A stretch of DNA of 44,743 nucleotides from Reclinomonas americana ATCC 50394 (taxonomy: Eukaryota). Shown here one piece after another: positions 1 through 11,794 of the stretch (the stretch's first letter is position 1; every line of letters starts with the position of its first letter). The stretch lies in assembly GCA_048213135.1 (NCBI GenBank), contig PS015474.1:1-44743 (forward strand), in the 5' to 3' direction. Position numbers and translations under genes: made by a program. Below the pieces are notes generated by a model. It was not told the DNA's origin. It worked only from the letters and a program-made list of their open reading frames with translations, and ran no database searches.

Positions 1-6
1 ACGCAC

Positions 7-219
7 CGGTATATTGAGTTTGGCTGGCGGTGGCTTCGGCTCCACTCCAGCATCGCGACACAACACTTCATACGCCTCCCACGATGAGATCTCGAAATCT
101 GAGGAGCGCTCTTGTACGTTGTCGCATGTTTCCTTGATTGCCTTGGCCTTGCGAAGCAGGTCGTCGAGGAGATCGGAAGGTGTGGGCACAGGCGCGGGTG
201 GTGATGAGGATGATGCCAT
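7..219 (-). CDS. First exon of ankyrin-repeat paralogue C (rest of gene lies left of the window)
   Basis: ATG at 219 reads MASSSSPPAPVPTPSDLLDDLLRKAKAIKETCDNVQERSSDFEISSWEAYEVLCRDAGVEPKPPPAKLNIP, then a GTGCGT donor. The N-terminus matches the starts at 7136 (-) and 4688 (+). Confidence 0.65.
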
Positions 220-469
220 GCGCGAGGGGAGAAGGACGGAGAGAGCGCAAAAATCCTGGCGGACGTGCAGTCGCACGGTGGACTTCGTCGCTGTCAAGAA
301 GCAAAGAGGGGAGCTGTTGGTGGTGAAGAACCAGGAAGCAATGCTGTGGTATGACAAAGTGTTGTGCTTCGTGCTGACTCTATCAGAACTGCGACGTGGG
401 CATTCAATCGTAGACATGGGGAATGCAGTGTTTGCGACACGTTGAGCCCCACTCAGTATCTCTTCTGCA

Positions 470-3340
470 TCACTCTTCAGTTTCATCTACAATCGGCATC
501 GCAACAAACAGCACAATCTGCATCCACAAGTCGGACGGCAACACCACCCCCATACTGGCCTGCAATTTGTCGGCCAGCAGATCATGGTAGATCTCGAACA
601 GGAGCACCCGGTGCAGCGTTGCACGCGCAAATCCACGCAAAACGCCACCAGGCGCCAGCATTATGGCCAGTGGCGACCCGAGATGGGAGGAGCGACGGTC
701 GCTTCGGTACGTGCGATCGGCATCTCCAGAGATAAGATCGTCGATCAGACGATGCAGCACGTCGCGCGAAGGCACCAAATGGCGTCTCGGTGGGGCAATG
801 ATGCAGCTGAGTTGAACCAGGGGGAAGGGCAACGACATATCCAGCATCGGCTGGAGTTCGGGGGAGGCGAGGGCACACTTGCACTGGTCCGTCCACTCAT
901 TCACCATATGTTCCTCGGGGCCCGTAGGGAGTCGACATTGCTCGTACGTCAACTGCACGAGTAATGTCAGTGATCCCCAGGACAGAGGGAGAGCGAGAGA
1001 GCGGAAAGGGAGAAGGAAAGAAAGAAAAAGAGGGCGAGGGAGGCAGAAAAAAGACAGACAAGAGAGGGAGATTGGGGAGACGAAGCGGGAAGGAGAAAGA
1101 CAGAGGGAGAGAGAGAAAGAGAGAGAGAGAGAGAGAAAAGGAGAGACTGAGATAGAGAGAGAGAGAGGCAGAATGGAGACCAACAAGAGAGGGAGATGGG
1201 GGAGACAAAGTGGGAAGGAGAGAGTTCAAAAAAACAACTGATACACAATTTCACCCTGATGTATTATCTCCCTTTGCCTTCTCCTAACATATACAGCGAC
1301 TAGCGTACGTACATGCACATACACCGAGATGGAGAGATAGACAGGCGAGAGAGTGGGGGAAAGTGGGGGAGAGAATGAGAGACAAACAAAAGAGAGAGAA
1401 GGAGAGAGAACAAGCAAACTGATATAGAGTTTATCTTCTCCTGACACATACTCTGAGGTGGAGAGGCAGGCAGGCGAGAGAGAGAGGGAAAAGAGAGTGG
1501 GGAGAGTGAGGAAGAGAATAACAGACACGCGGAGAAGGGCAATGATGCGAGAAAAAAGGAAAAGAATCGGGTGAGAAAGATGAGGCAGGCCAACATGAGA
1601 GAACAAACAACATGCTGACCTTGTTTCCTTGATCTGTGCCTCCCCCTCTCACACGAATACACACACTCTCTCTCTTTCTCTCAGGGGAAGAGAGAGGGAT
1701 AGCAAACAAATGACGCGTCTTCTCTCACACGCAGTCTCCCTTCTTCACACACAGACCTTTGGCACCTCTGCACCGGTCAGGCATAACAAGGCCAGCACCT
1801 CAGGGTGCGCGAGGCGGTAGTCGTTGAGCTCCAGATGCCGATCCCGCCGACTAAAGTGAAGGACCCTCGCCATTGTCAACTTGAAAAAACGATGGTTTGC
1901 CAGCGGCCGAACACACGGCAGCGACAGCAGGAGCCGCACTGACGACACGTGTGTATCGTCCATCTTGTTCTCTAGCAAATTTTCAAGCACGACTTCCCAT
2001 AAACCACGGCTGTCGGCCTCAACATGCACTGCGGTCACCACGGATTCCACGTGCACTTGCAAGAGCTTACTAGACGCCAAGCATTCCAAGAGGCACTCGA
2101 TGAGTATGCCGATCTCCACAAACTTCCCGTATTGCGGGTACTCCAACAGACATGGCACCTTGATCGACAGCGGCAGCTGACAACGCAACATGCACCCGAC
2201 AGCTTTCTTGCTCGAAAGAACTCCCTTCCAGATCCGACGATTGTCCAACAATGCCCGCAGCACGTCTTCGTCCCCGACAATGGACAAGAGGCGCGACAAG
2301 TCGACGGCGTCGCGTGGAGCGTACGAGGCGTAGTCCCGCAGCAGCATCCGAACCATCGCGCGGTATCTCAACTGTACGGCGATCTCGAGCGGCCAAGTCG
2401 GCAGCCCGTAAGTGAAATCATACCGAATCGTCATATCATCATCGACGGCAGTGTCCACAACTTGCGCATCTGCATCCGCCAGTGCATGACAATACTCCCA
2501 GCTGTCTTTAAATTCATAACCGTCAACCTGCACCACCTCATCTCGCGCCAGCAGCAGCGACACAACTTCCACTTGCCCATTCACGCACGCATACAGCAGG
2601 GCCACGTTGTCATGCTGTTCCGGGTGCACTCGATCGTCAGCGAGCAGCGCAGCCACCACTTCCGTGTGGCCACGGAATGCCGCCTGTCGCAACGGCAAAT
2701 TGTCGGCAACGGCCGGGTCGGCGACACCTTCGTCTAGCAGCCGCCGCACCGTCTCCACGTCGTTGGTGGTGGCCGCCAGCTCCAGTCGCGCACTCGCCTC
2801 CAAGTCGTCCAGCGGCCACGACTCACGCAGGTCGCGGAGGACGGCCTCCTTTTTGCAGATCATGCAGTGGCGCACGCACCTGAACAATGTAAACCTGCGG
2901 AGTTCGGCATCGACCTCGACTGTTGGAAGACCGAGGCCGCCCAGGTAACGAATGGTAGGGCCCTGGGACAAGCTCACAGCCGCCCGCAGTGCCACGTCGA
3001 GCGCCTCGGGGTTCATGGTTCTTTCAAGCAGCGAACCTTCCTCGAGTTGGCCTCGTGTGCGCAGTGTATCGAGCAGCATCGGCAGTCGACCAGTGACGAC
3101 CGCAGCGATAGGCCACCAGGGACAGTGCCTGGCCATTGTCTCGACATACTCGACCGGCAACTCACGGAAGAGAGCACTGACAGTGGCATCATCCGGAGCC
3201 ATCCACATACAGTGGGTGAATGTTATCGCCCACCATTGCTCCGTCGACGACCCCCACAAAGATGCAGCCGCCGTCTTATCCACGACGCCGCGTACAGCCT
3301 GCGCCAGAAACGCAGCTGCACTTGCCTGCCAGAAGTAGGA
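470..3340 (-). CDS. Ankyrin-repeat protein paralogue B (large exon ~3340-1757, terminal exon ~952-470; exon 1 probably at 4688-4769 in the inverted contig)
   Basis: ANK repeats LELAATTNDVETVRRLLDEGVADPAVADNLPLRQAAFRGHTEVVAALLADDRVHPEQHDNVALLYACVNGQVEVVSLLL. CAG acceptor at 3341-3343, GTCTGT donor at 1756, CTGAC branch plus CAG acceptor at 953-955. The terminal exon ends VVLPSDLWMQIVLFVAMPIVDETEE*. Confidence 0.8.
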
Positions 3341-4074
3341 CTGCATATACAAGGGAGTGTGAACATAGAGAGAGAACAGGGGAAGGGATGGAAGCAGGGG
3401 AGGTAGAGGGGAGGGAGGATAGGCGGACTGAGAGAGAGAGAGAGAGAGAGAGCAGAGAGAGAGGTAGCGAGGGACGGTAGCACGGGAGGGAGGAGGATAT
3501 GCAGACTGTGTGTGCGAGAGCGAGGGAGAGAGGGAGAGAGAGGAAGCGAGAGAAAACAGCTTGTCTCCCTTGTCCTCATTCAATATGCTTATTCCACCAC
3601 ACACACGCACAGAGAGANNNNNNNNNNNNNNNNNNNNNNNNNNNNNNNNNNNNNNNNNNNNNNNNNNNNNNNNNNNNNNNNNNNNNNNNNNNNNNNNNNN
3701 NNNNNNNNNNNNNNNNNNNNNNNNNNNNNNNNNNNNNNNNNNNNNNNNNNNNNNNNNNNNNNNNNNNNNNNNNNNNNNNNNNNNNNNNNNNNNNNNNNNN
3801 NNNNNNNNNNNNNNNNNNNNNNNNNNNNNNNNNNNNNNNNNNNNNNNNNNNNNNNNNNNNNNNNNNNNNNNNNNNNNNNNNNNNNNNNNNNNNNNNNNNN
3901 NNNNNNNNNNNNNNNNNNNNNNNNNNNNNNNNNNNNNNNNNNNNNNNNNNNNNNNNNNNNNNNNNNNNNNNNNNNNNNNNNNNNNNNNNNNNNNNNNNNN
4001 NNNNNNNNNNNNNNNNNNNNNNNNNNNNNNNNNNNNNNNNNNNNNNNNNNNNNNNNNNNNNNNNNNNNNNNNNT

Positions 4075-4437
4075 AAGTCGTTGACCTTTCCCCTGGTGCA
4101 GCTCAGCTGCGCCATTGCTCCGCCAAGACTCCATTCGGCGCCTGCGTGTGACATGCTACGCCGCCTGATCGACATTCTCGTTGTCGGAGATGACCATCGC
4201 ACGTACCGGAGCAAACGCCGCCGCCGCTCCGACCTCATGCATCCGCTGGTCAGAATGCTTGCGCCGGGTGGTGTGATGCGTAGTCTTGCGCGTACCACGC
4301 TGCACCGGGTGCTGCTATTCGAGATCTACCATGTTCTGCTGGCCGACAAATTGCAGGCCAGCATTGGAGTGGTGTTGCCGGCCGACGTGTGGATGCAGAT
4401 CGTTCTGTTTGTTGAGATGCCGATTGTAGATGAATGA
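4075..4437 (+). CDS. Terminal exon of an ankyrin paralogue (most likely A), in an apparently inverted contig
   Basis: FPLVQLSCAIAPPRLH...LADKLQASIGVVLPADVWMQIVLFVEMPIVDE* is a close paralogue of the 470-952 exon on the opposite strand. Confidence 0.7.
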   Translation, partial: KSLTFPLVQLSCAIAPPRLHSAPACDMLRRLIDILVVGDDHRTYRSKRRRRSDLMHPLVRMLAPGGVMRSLARTTLHRVLLFEIYHVLLADKLQASIGVVLPADVWMQIVLFVEMPIVDE

Positions 4438-4687
4438 TGTAGAAGATACTGAGTGAGGCTCAAGGTGTCGCAAACACTTTATTCCCCATGTCTACGATTG
4501 CATGCCCACGTCGCAGTTCTGATAAAGTCAGTACGAAGCACAACACTTTGTCATACCACAGCAATGCGTCCTGGTTCTTCCCCACCAGTAGCTCCCCTCT
4601 TTGCTTCTTGACAGCGACGAAGTCCACCGTGCGACTGCACGTCCACCAGGACATCGTTCTCTCGTCCTTCTCCTTCTCCCCTCGCGC

Positions 4688-4769
4688 ATGGCATCATCCT
4701 CACCACCATCCGCGCCTGTGCCCACACCTGCCGATCTCCTCGACGACCTGCTTCGCAAGGCCAAGGCAC
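4688..4769 (+). CDS. 5' part of exon 1 of an ankyrin paralogue (most likely B), truncated by a gap
   Basis: MASSSPPSAPVPTPADLLDDLLRKAKA is nearly identical to the exon at 219-7. Confidence 0.65.
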
Positions 4770-5148
4770 NNNNNNNNNNNNNNNNNNNNNNNNNNNNNNN
4801 NNNNNNNNNNNNNNNNNNNNNNNNNNNNNNNNNNNNNNNNNNNNNNNNNNNNNNNNNNNNNNNNNNNNNNNNNNNNNNNNNNNNNNNNNNNNNNNNNNNN
4901 NNNNNNNNNNNNNNNNNNNNNNNNNNNNNNNNNNNNNNNNNNNNNNNNNNNNNNNNNNNNNNNNNNNNNNNNNNNNNNNNNNNNNNNNNNNNNNNNNNNN
5001 NNNNNNNNNNNNNNNNNNNNNNNNNNNNNNNNNNNNNNNNNNNNNNNNNNNNNNNNNNNNNNNNNNNNNNNNNNNNNNNNNNNNNNNNNNNNNNNNNNNN
5101 NNNNNNNNNNNNNNNNNNNNNNNNNNNNNNNNNNNNNNNNNNNNNNNN

Positions 5149-5217
<69 letters not shown>
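5149..5217. repeat. (CA)n microsatellite
   Basis: Perfect CA run adjacent to a gap. Confidence 0.95.
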
Positions 5218-5218
<1 letters not shown>

Positions 5219-5423
5219 CGACCTACGCACTTATTCGTGGAAAGACAAACAGGCAAGAGAGAGAGGGGGTGAGGGAGAGTGGAGAAGACAGTGGGGTAGA
5301 GAATGAGAGACTTTTTAAAGGATGGGCAACGACGCAAGCGAAGGGAGTGAACAAACAACTGCTGCTGAAGTTGACCCTTGCTCTCTCTCTCTCTCCCTCT
5401 TCCTTCTCCTCATTCCCACACAC

Positions 5424-7136
5424 CTCGGGCATCTCGGCACCTGCCAGGCACAGCAAGGACAGTCCGTGCGGGTGCGTAAGATGTGGACTGTACATCAACT
5501 CCTCGGCATCAAATTCCTTCCGACAAGCTTGGAGAGCTGTCTCGAGCGCCGAGTTGACAAAGTCACCGTTCGCCAGCGGCTGCACGCAAGGCATGGCCAA
5601 AAGGAGCCGCATCGACGGCTTGTGAATGTACTCCACGTTGTTCTCAATCACAGTTTCGAAAACATAAGCCCATTCACCGCATTTCTCGGCCTCAGCGTGC
5701 ACTGCAGTCACAACGGATTCAAGCGACACAAGGCCGTGCTCTCCATTCGCGAAACATTCCATAATACTGTCGATGAGATCATCGTAGTCGACAAATGTCG
5801 CATATTTCGGGTACGCCAACAGACACGGCACCTTGATCGACTGCAGCAGTTGGCAACGATGCAAAATGCACCCGATTGCCTCCTTGTCCTCAAGAACTCC
5901 CTCCCAGAAACGAGGATTGTCCAAAAAGGCCCGCAGCACGTCTTTGCTACGAATGACGGACAGAACGTCCCTCAGCCACGCGGCTTCGCGTGGATGGTGC
6001 AATACGTCTCGCTGCAGCAGCATTCGAACCAGGGCACTGCGATTCAGCCGCACTGCAATCCACAGCGGCCAGCAGGAATGCTCATCATCACCCAAAGTGC
6101 GGACGAGGTAGCTGTCACAGTCTACAAAAGTGTCCACCACTTGCGTATCGGCATCTGCCGGTAGACATGTGCCATTACAGTCCCAGGTCTCGAAAATGAA
6201 CAACCTTCCCGTTCCGTCGCCCGCAACGACCTCGTCTCGCGCCAGCAAAAGCGACACAACGTCCACGTGGCCCCCGACGCATGCATACAGTAAAGGCACG
6301 CTATACGGCACTGCCGGGGGCACTCGATCGTCAGCGAGCAGCGCAGCCACCACCTCTGTGTGGCCACGGAATGCTGCCTGTTGAAGCGGCAAGTTGTCGG
6401 CAACGGCAGGGTAGGCGACGCCTTCGTCTAGCAGCCGCCGCACCGTCTCCACGTCGTTGGTGGTGGCCGCCAGTTCGAGACGCGCACTCGCCTCCAAGTC
6501 GTCCAGCGGCCACGACTCACGCAGGTCGTGGAGGACGGCCTCTTTCTCGCAGATCATGCAGTGGCGCACGCACTTGAACAATGTAAACCTGAGGAGTTCG
6601 GGATCGACGTCGACTATTGGAAGACCGAGGCCGCCCAGGTAACGAATGGCAAGGCCATCGGACACGCTCACAGCCGCTCGCAACGCCACGTCGAGCGCCT
6701 CAGGGGTCATGGTTAATTCAAGCAGCGGAACACCCTCGAGTTGTGCTCGTGCGCACAGTGTATCGAGCAGCATCAACAGTCGACCAGTGACGACCGCAGC
6801 GATAGGCCACAAAGAACACCAGCTGACAGAATCCTCGAAAAACTCGACCGGCAACTCACGGAAGAGAGTAATGACGGTGGCATCATCCGGAGCCATCCAC
6901 ACACTGTGTATGAATGTTCTCGTCCACATACGCTTCGGCAACGACCGCCAGGAAGATGCAGCCGCCGTCAGATCCACGACGCCACGTACAGCCTGCGCCA
7001 GAAACTCAGCTGCAGCTGAATTTCGCAGCTCATCCTGCATATGCAGGAAAACACACATGAGGAAGGCAGNNNNNNNNNNNNNNNNNNNNATGTCGGAGGG
7101 TGTCGGTGCGGGTGGAGATGCAGATGATGATGCCAT
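5424..7136 (-). CDS. Ankyrin-repeat protein paralogue A (exon 1 from ATG 7136 into a gap; large exon ~7034-5424)
   Basis: Colinear paralogue of 1757-3340 with the same ANK block (LELAATTNDVETVRRLLDEGVAYPAVADNLPLQQAAFRGHTEVVAALLADDRV). GTGTGT donor at the equivalent position (5423). Confidence 0.8.
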
Positions 7137-7364
7137 GCGAGCGGGGAGAAGGCGTGACGGAGTGGGGGAAGAGAATGTCCTGGCGGACATGCGCAGTCGG
7201 TGAACCTCGTCGCTTGTAAGGCATGGGGGGAGCTCATGGCGATACTGTTACGTGATGCAGATCGCTGATTCCGGTTTGCAGTTGCCGACGACGACGTCGC
7301 AAAGACGTCGACTCTCATGAAAGCGACGTCGATCGACCGCGATCGATCAATCGAAAAAAATAGA

Positions 7365-7514
7365 TAAAAATCCTTCCACGGCAACAACAACAACAACAAT
7401 AACTAATCCAAACAGCAACGCAGCTGCATGATGATCACAACAACAATTCATCAACAGCTGTCTTGATGATCGAGTTCAACCGTATCCAAAACATCAACAC
7501 AAACTCAAGACACC

Positions 7515-7549
<35 letters not shown>

Positions 7550-8560
7550 CTTTGCTAATCCAAACAGCAACACAGCTGCATGATGATTCGAAAAATACAA
7601 CAACAACAACAACAACTTTACTAATCCAAACAGCAGCAGCTGCATGATGATCACAACAACAATTCATTCACCAACAAACAAGGAACAGCTGTCTTGATGA
7701 CCAAGGTCAACGCAACCGTAACAACAACAACAACAACTTTACTAATCCAAACAGCAACACAGCTGCATGATGATCACCATCTCGAGTGAGCAAAACATCG
7801 ATATCAACACAGACACCTATCTTGAGGCAGCAGCAGGTTTCTTGTGTGTGCGTGTTCGCTCTCGGAGCTCCGCGGCCGAACAAGTCGAGAATTCGAACTG
7901 CGATCTTCACCGCGTAAGCGTGGTTGACCAGTGGATTTGACGCACTTGCATAGACGCATAGCGTTTTCTGCGATCGTACACGGCACATCGAATTCGGGAA
8001 AAGGCCATAGGCCAGGCAAACAAAGCAAAGCCGGGTCCGGATCCGTGAAGCAGGCAAAGCAAAAGCAGTGGAGGCGTCGTACGTTGGTGGCGTGGTTGAA
8101 ACCAGAAGAGAGCCTGTCATGTTGTAGGTGAGGCTCATATCGGTGGTGGCTGGTGGTAGGCGCAGTTGTTGTTGTTGTTTTTGTTGTCATTGTTGTTGTC
8201 ATAGTATAAAAATCCTTCCACAGCAACAACAACAACAACAACAACTTTACTAATCCAAACAGCAAAAGATGCATGATGATCAACATCTTGAGTGAGCACC
8301 AGAAACTCAGACATCACGAAAAAAAGCGAGAAAAGTCGATCGCGACACGGCCAAAGCTTCGGCTGGCATTTCTGCAAGAGAAACCACGGCTCGTGACAAG
8401 CGTGGATTTGACGACGAATTCCACAAAGGGAGCAAGAAAGAAAGGAAGTATCTGCTGGTTACCCGCTGCTCAACAAACAAGCAACAGCGGTACATGTCTT
8501 GATGACCAAGTTCAACCATATCCAAAACATCAACACAAACACCAATCTTGAGGCAGCAAT
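7365..8560. repeat. Intergenic mosaic of (CAA)n tracts and dispersed direct repeats
   Basis: Five copies of (CAA)n-[CTTT]ACTAATCCAAACAGCAA..GCTGCATGATGAT at ~7383, 7514, 7598, 7722 and 8224. Three copies of TGTCTTGATGAYCRAGKTCAAC at ~7459, 7690 and 8495. Confidence 0.85.
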
Positions 8561-8703
8561 AAAATTGTTGGCGATCACTGGTACGATGCTCATTGTTGTG
8601 TATGGATCAGTGAAGTTTCTATTTATTATGCCACGAGACGAGCGCACCGTAAATAACCGAACGACTACAAAATCAACCGCTTTTTTGCACCATTTTGCGA
8701 GAA

Positions 8704-9148
8704 ATGAGTAGTGCGCCCTCACTGACCGTCTCGCGCCCCTCGGTGCCGGCTGTCCGCTTGCCCACCACACCCTCAGCACTTGTACAACAACAACAACAAC
8801 AACAACAACAGCTGTTGTCGGTGACGGCGCCGAATTCAGCGCGTGGTTCTGGCGAGTTGCGACTCAATCTGCGTCCGTTGTCGGCCTCTGTGGGTGGCGC
8901 GAGCAGTGCGTCGGCGATGCTGTCGGCGAGATCGGCGGGAAGTGGTGAGTGAGTGTGCTTGTGTGTACAGGGTGGATTGATCCGATGTCGGGCGCGTGTT
9001 GGCAGTTGTATTTCGTTTTTTGGGGGGCGGATGGGAAGGGTGGAGAGGGTGGAGAGGGGAAGGGAGTGGGAGGAGAGGGGGAAGGTGGAGAGAGATGGAG
9101 GAGAGAAGTGAGTGAGTGGTTGAGTGGGAGTGTAGAGATTGGTTTATT

Positions 9149-9186
<38 letters not shown>

Positions 9187-10736
9187 TGAATGAAGAAGAA
9201 GACTGTGCGCTCGTGTGTGCGTGGGAGAGAGAGAGAGAGTGGAGACAAGTGAGGGATTGGAGACAAGTGATGGAGTGGCTTGAGTGCATACTGAGATTGG
9301 TTCATTCTTTGTGAGTGAGCACGAGTGTGNNNNNNNNNNNNNNNNNNNNNNNNNNNNNNNNNNNNNNNNNNNNNNNNNNNNNNNNNNNNNNNNNNNNNNN
9401 NNNNNNNNNNNNNNNNNNNNNNNNNNNNNNNNNNNNNNNNNNNNNNNNNNNNNNNNNNNNNNNNNNNNNNNNNNNNNNNNNNNNNNNNNNNNNNNNNNNN
9501 NNNNNNNNNNNNNNNNNNNNNNNNNNNNNNNNNNNNNNNNNNNNNNNNNNNNNNNNNNNNNNNNNNNNNNNNNNNNNNNNNNNNNNNNNNNNNNNNNNNN
9601 NNNNNNNNNNNNNNNNNNNNNNNNNNNNNNNNNNNNNNNNNNNNNNNNNNNNNNNNNNNNNNNNNNNNNNNNNNNNNNNNNNNNNNNNNNNNNNNNNNNN
9701 NNNNNNNNNNNNNNNNNNNNNNNNNNNNNNNNNNNNNNNNNNNNNNNNNNNNNNNNNNNNNNNNNNNNNNNNNNNNNNNNNNNNNNNNNNNNNNNNNNNN
9801 NNNNNNNNNNNNNNNNNNNNNNNNNNNNNNNNNNNNNNNNNNNNNNNNNNNNNNNNNNNNNAGGGTTGAGAGAGAGAGAGAGAGAGAGAGAAGGAGCTTG
9901 TGTTTGCGCGCATGTGCGGGGAAAGAGAGGAAAGACAAGGGAGATAGTGCTGAGTAGTCTCACTACTTAATAATTCGCCGTTTCCCCTCCTCTTTCATCC
10001 CTCTCACCCNNNNNNNNNNNNNNNNNNNNTCCCCCCTCCCTTTCCCCCCCTCCCAGCCGCCAGCCACTCCCGCCCCTCAGCCGGCTCCTCCTCCACCTCC
10101 GACAAGCGCCCCTCCACCGCGCCTGCCCCCGCTCCTGGCAAGAAGGCGGCCGCAGCGGGTGCAACCGAGGGACCGGGGAAGCCGAAGAGGAATCCCGTGC
10201 GCCGGTGAGCAACGCTTCTTTTCGCAGGTCATTCACTCTGCCGCTCACTATTCGTCCTCGCAGAGTCAACATTAGCGAGTTGCAGCGCGCCCTGGTGACC
10301 ACCAGCCGCGTGATTGCTCCGCGCAATCATTACGTTGCGTCACTCTCGACCTCTGCCTCACCTGCCACTCTCCTCGCGTCTCACTTTGCCCATTTTCGCA
10401 GTCGTGGAAGGAAGTGCAGCAGCACCTCGACAGTGCGTCTCTTCTCTCTCTCCTCACGACGCCTTTGCTTGAAACTTATCTCCCTTCCCCACAGTCGACC
10501 CTCGCACCCTGCGCTCGATTCGTCACCTCTTCGACACGTACGACGTGCCGCAGCAGGGCTACCTCACGCGGCTGTCGTTTGATCGCTTCCTGCAAGACAT
10601 GGACATGGCGCGTGGGTTCCTGGGGGACAGCATTTTCCGGCGATGGGACCGTGCGAATCATGGGTGTGTGGATCGTCGGGAGTTTGCGTCGATGATTCAT
10701 CAGGCGGCGACGTGGAATGAGGAGGAGGAGCTGAGA
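8704..10736 (+). CDS. EF-hand (calcineurin-B/NCS-like) protein with low-complexity N-terminus; 3' end not resolved
   Basis: Exon 1 8704-8944 (MSSAPSLTV...polyQ...AGS|GTGAGT), then exons near 10056-10204, 10264-10335 and 10402-10432. Exon ~10495-10736 reads VDPRTLRSIRHLFDTYDVPQQGYLTRLSFDRFLQDMDMARGFLGDSIFRRWDRANHGCVDRREFASMIH, two EF-hand-like loops. Confidence 0.7.
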
Positions 10737-11014
10737 TGTGCGTGAAGGGGGACAGGCGGGGAAAAGGGGGAAGGAGAGAAAAGAGGGAAGGGGAAAGGGG
10801 GGAAAAGGGGAAGGGGGAAGGGGGAAAGGGGAAGGGGGAAAGGGGAAGGGAAAGGGAGGGGAGGGGGAAGGGAGGGAAAAAGAGAAGAGTGGGATAAAGC
10901 ATTGCTCTATTGCCTGCGTGTACGCTGCTCTTCGGCCAAATGTGCTCCATTTCAGACCCGTGCTCACGTGTGATATTCTGTTCTCGTTTTTGTTCGTCTC
11001 CCTCCATTGCCCCT

Positions 11015-11395
11015 TCGTCTCCTTCGTCTTCGTCATCCTTCGTCATCCATCGTCATCCTTCGCCACCCTTCGTCACCCTTCGTCACCCTTCGTCACCCTT
11101 CGTCACCCTTCATCACCCTTCGTCTCTCTTTGTCTCTCTTCGTCTCTCTTCGTCTCTCTTCGTCACCCTTCGTCACCCGTCGTCACCCTTCGTCACCCGT
11201 CGTCACCCTTCGTCACCTTCGTCACCCTTCGTCACCTTCGTCACCCTTCGTCACCCTTCGTCACCCTTCGTCACCCTTCGTCACTCCTTCGTCACTCCCT
11301 CGTCACTCCCTCGTCACTCCTTCGTCACTCCCTCGTCACTCCTTCGTCACTCCCTCGTCACTCCTTCGTCACTCCTTCGTCACTCCTTCGTCACT
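11015..11395. repeat. 10-11 bp minisatellite (CGTCACCCTT grading into CGTCACTCCTT)
   Basis: Tandem array read directly, running into the gap at 11396. Confidence 0.95.
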
Positions 11396-11794
11396 NNNNN
11401 NNNNNNNNNNNNNNNNNNNNNNNNNNNNNNNNNNNNNNNNNNNNNNNNNNNNNNNNNNNNNNNNNNNNNNNNNNNNNNNNNNNNNNNNNNNNNNNNNNNN
11501 NNNNNNNNNNNNNNNNNNNNNNNNNNNNNNNNNNNNNNNNNNNNNNNNNNNNNNNNNNGTAAGAGAGGAGGATGAGGGTGTAGGACGATAGATGGCAGAA
11601 AGTGAAAAGGGAGAAGGAAAGATCTCGATGCTTTACGAGAAGCTGTCACTCTTTGTGTGCTGCCCATTATTTGAGAGTGCAGGCATGCAGGAGCTGTGTG
11701 ATTTGAGATGTAGGCCACAAATGCGTGAGCATTGCGGCATTCATGGTCGCACACCGTGAAATGCATCTCAGAAAGCTTCTATACTGGTTCTGCA

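Noticed and set aside
138-4769. Long inverted repeats (138-830 vs 4078-4769) flanking an ankyrin gene, suggesting a TIR transposon
   Set aside because: The repeats are diverged paralogous exons and spacer, with no transposase or target-site duplication. They are better explained by a flipped contig in a tandem array.
7420-7780. ATGATGA motifs as C/D snoRNA C boxes
   Set aside because: No matching CTGA D boxes or terminal stems at suitable distances.
7383-7790. Repeat-spacer appearance resembling a CRISPR array
   Set aside because: Eukaryotic context, no cas genes, degenerate repeats, and spacers that are irregular in length, CAA-rich and partly repeated.
10738-11591. ORFs with LRHPSSPFVT peptide repeats
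   Set aside because: Translation of a 10-11 bp minisatellite that is open in all frames; non-coding.
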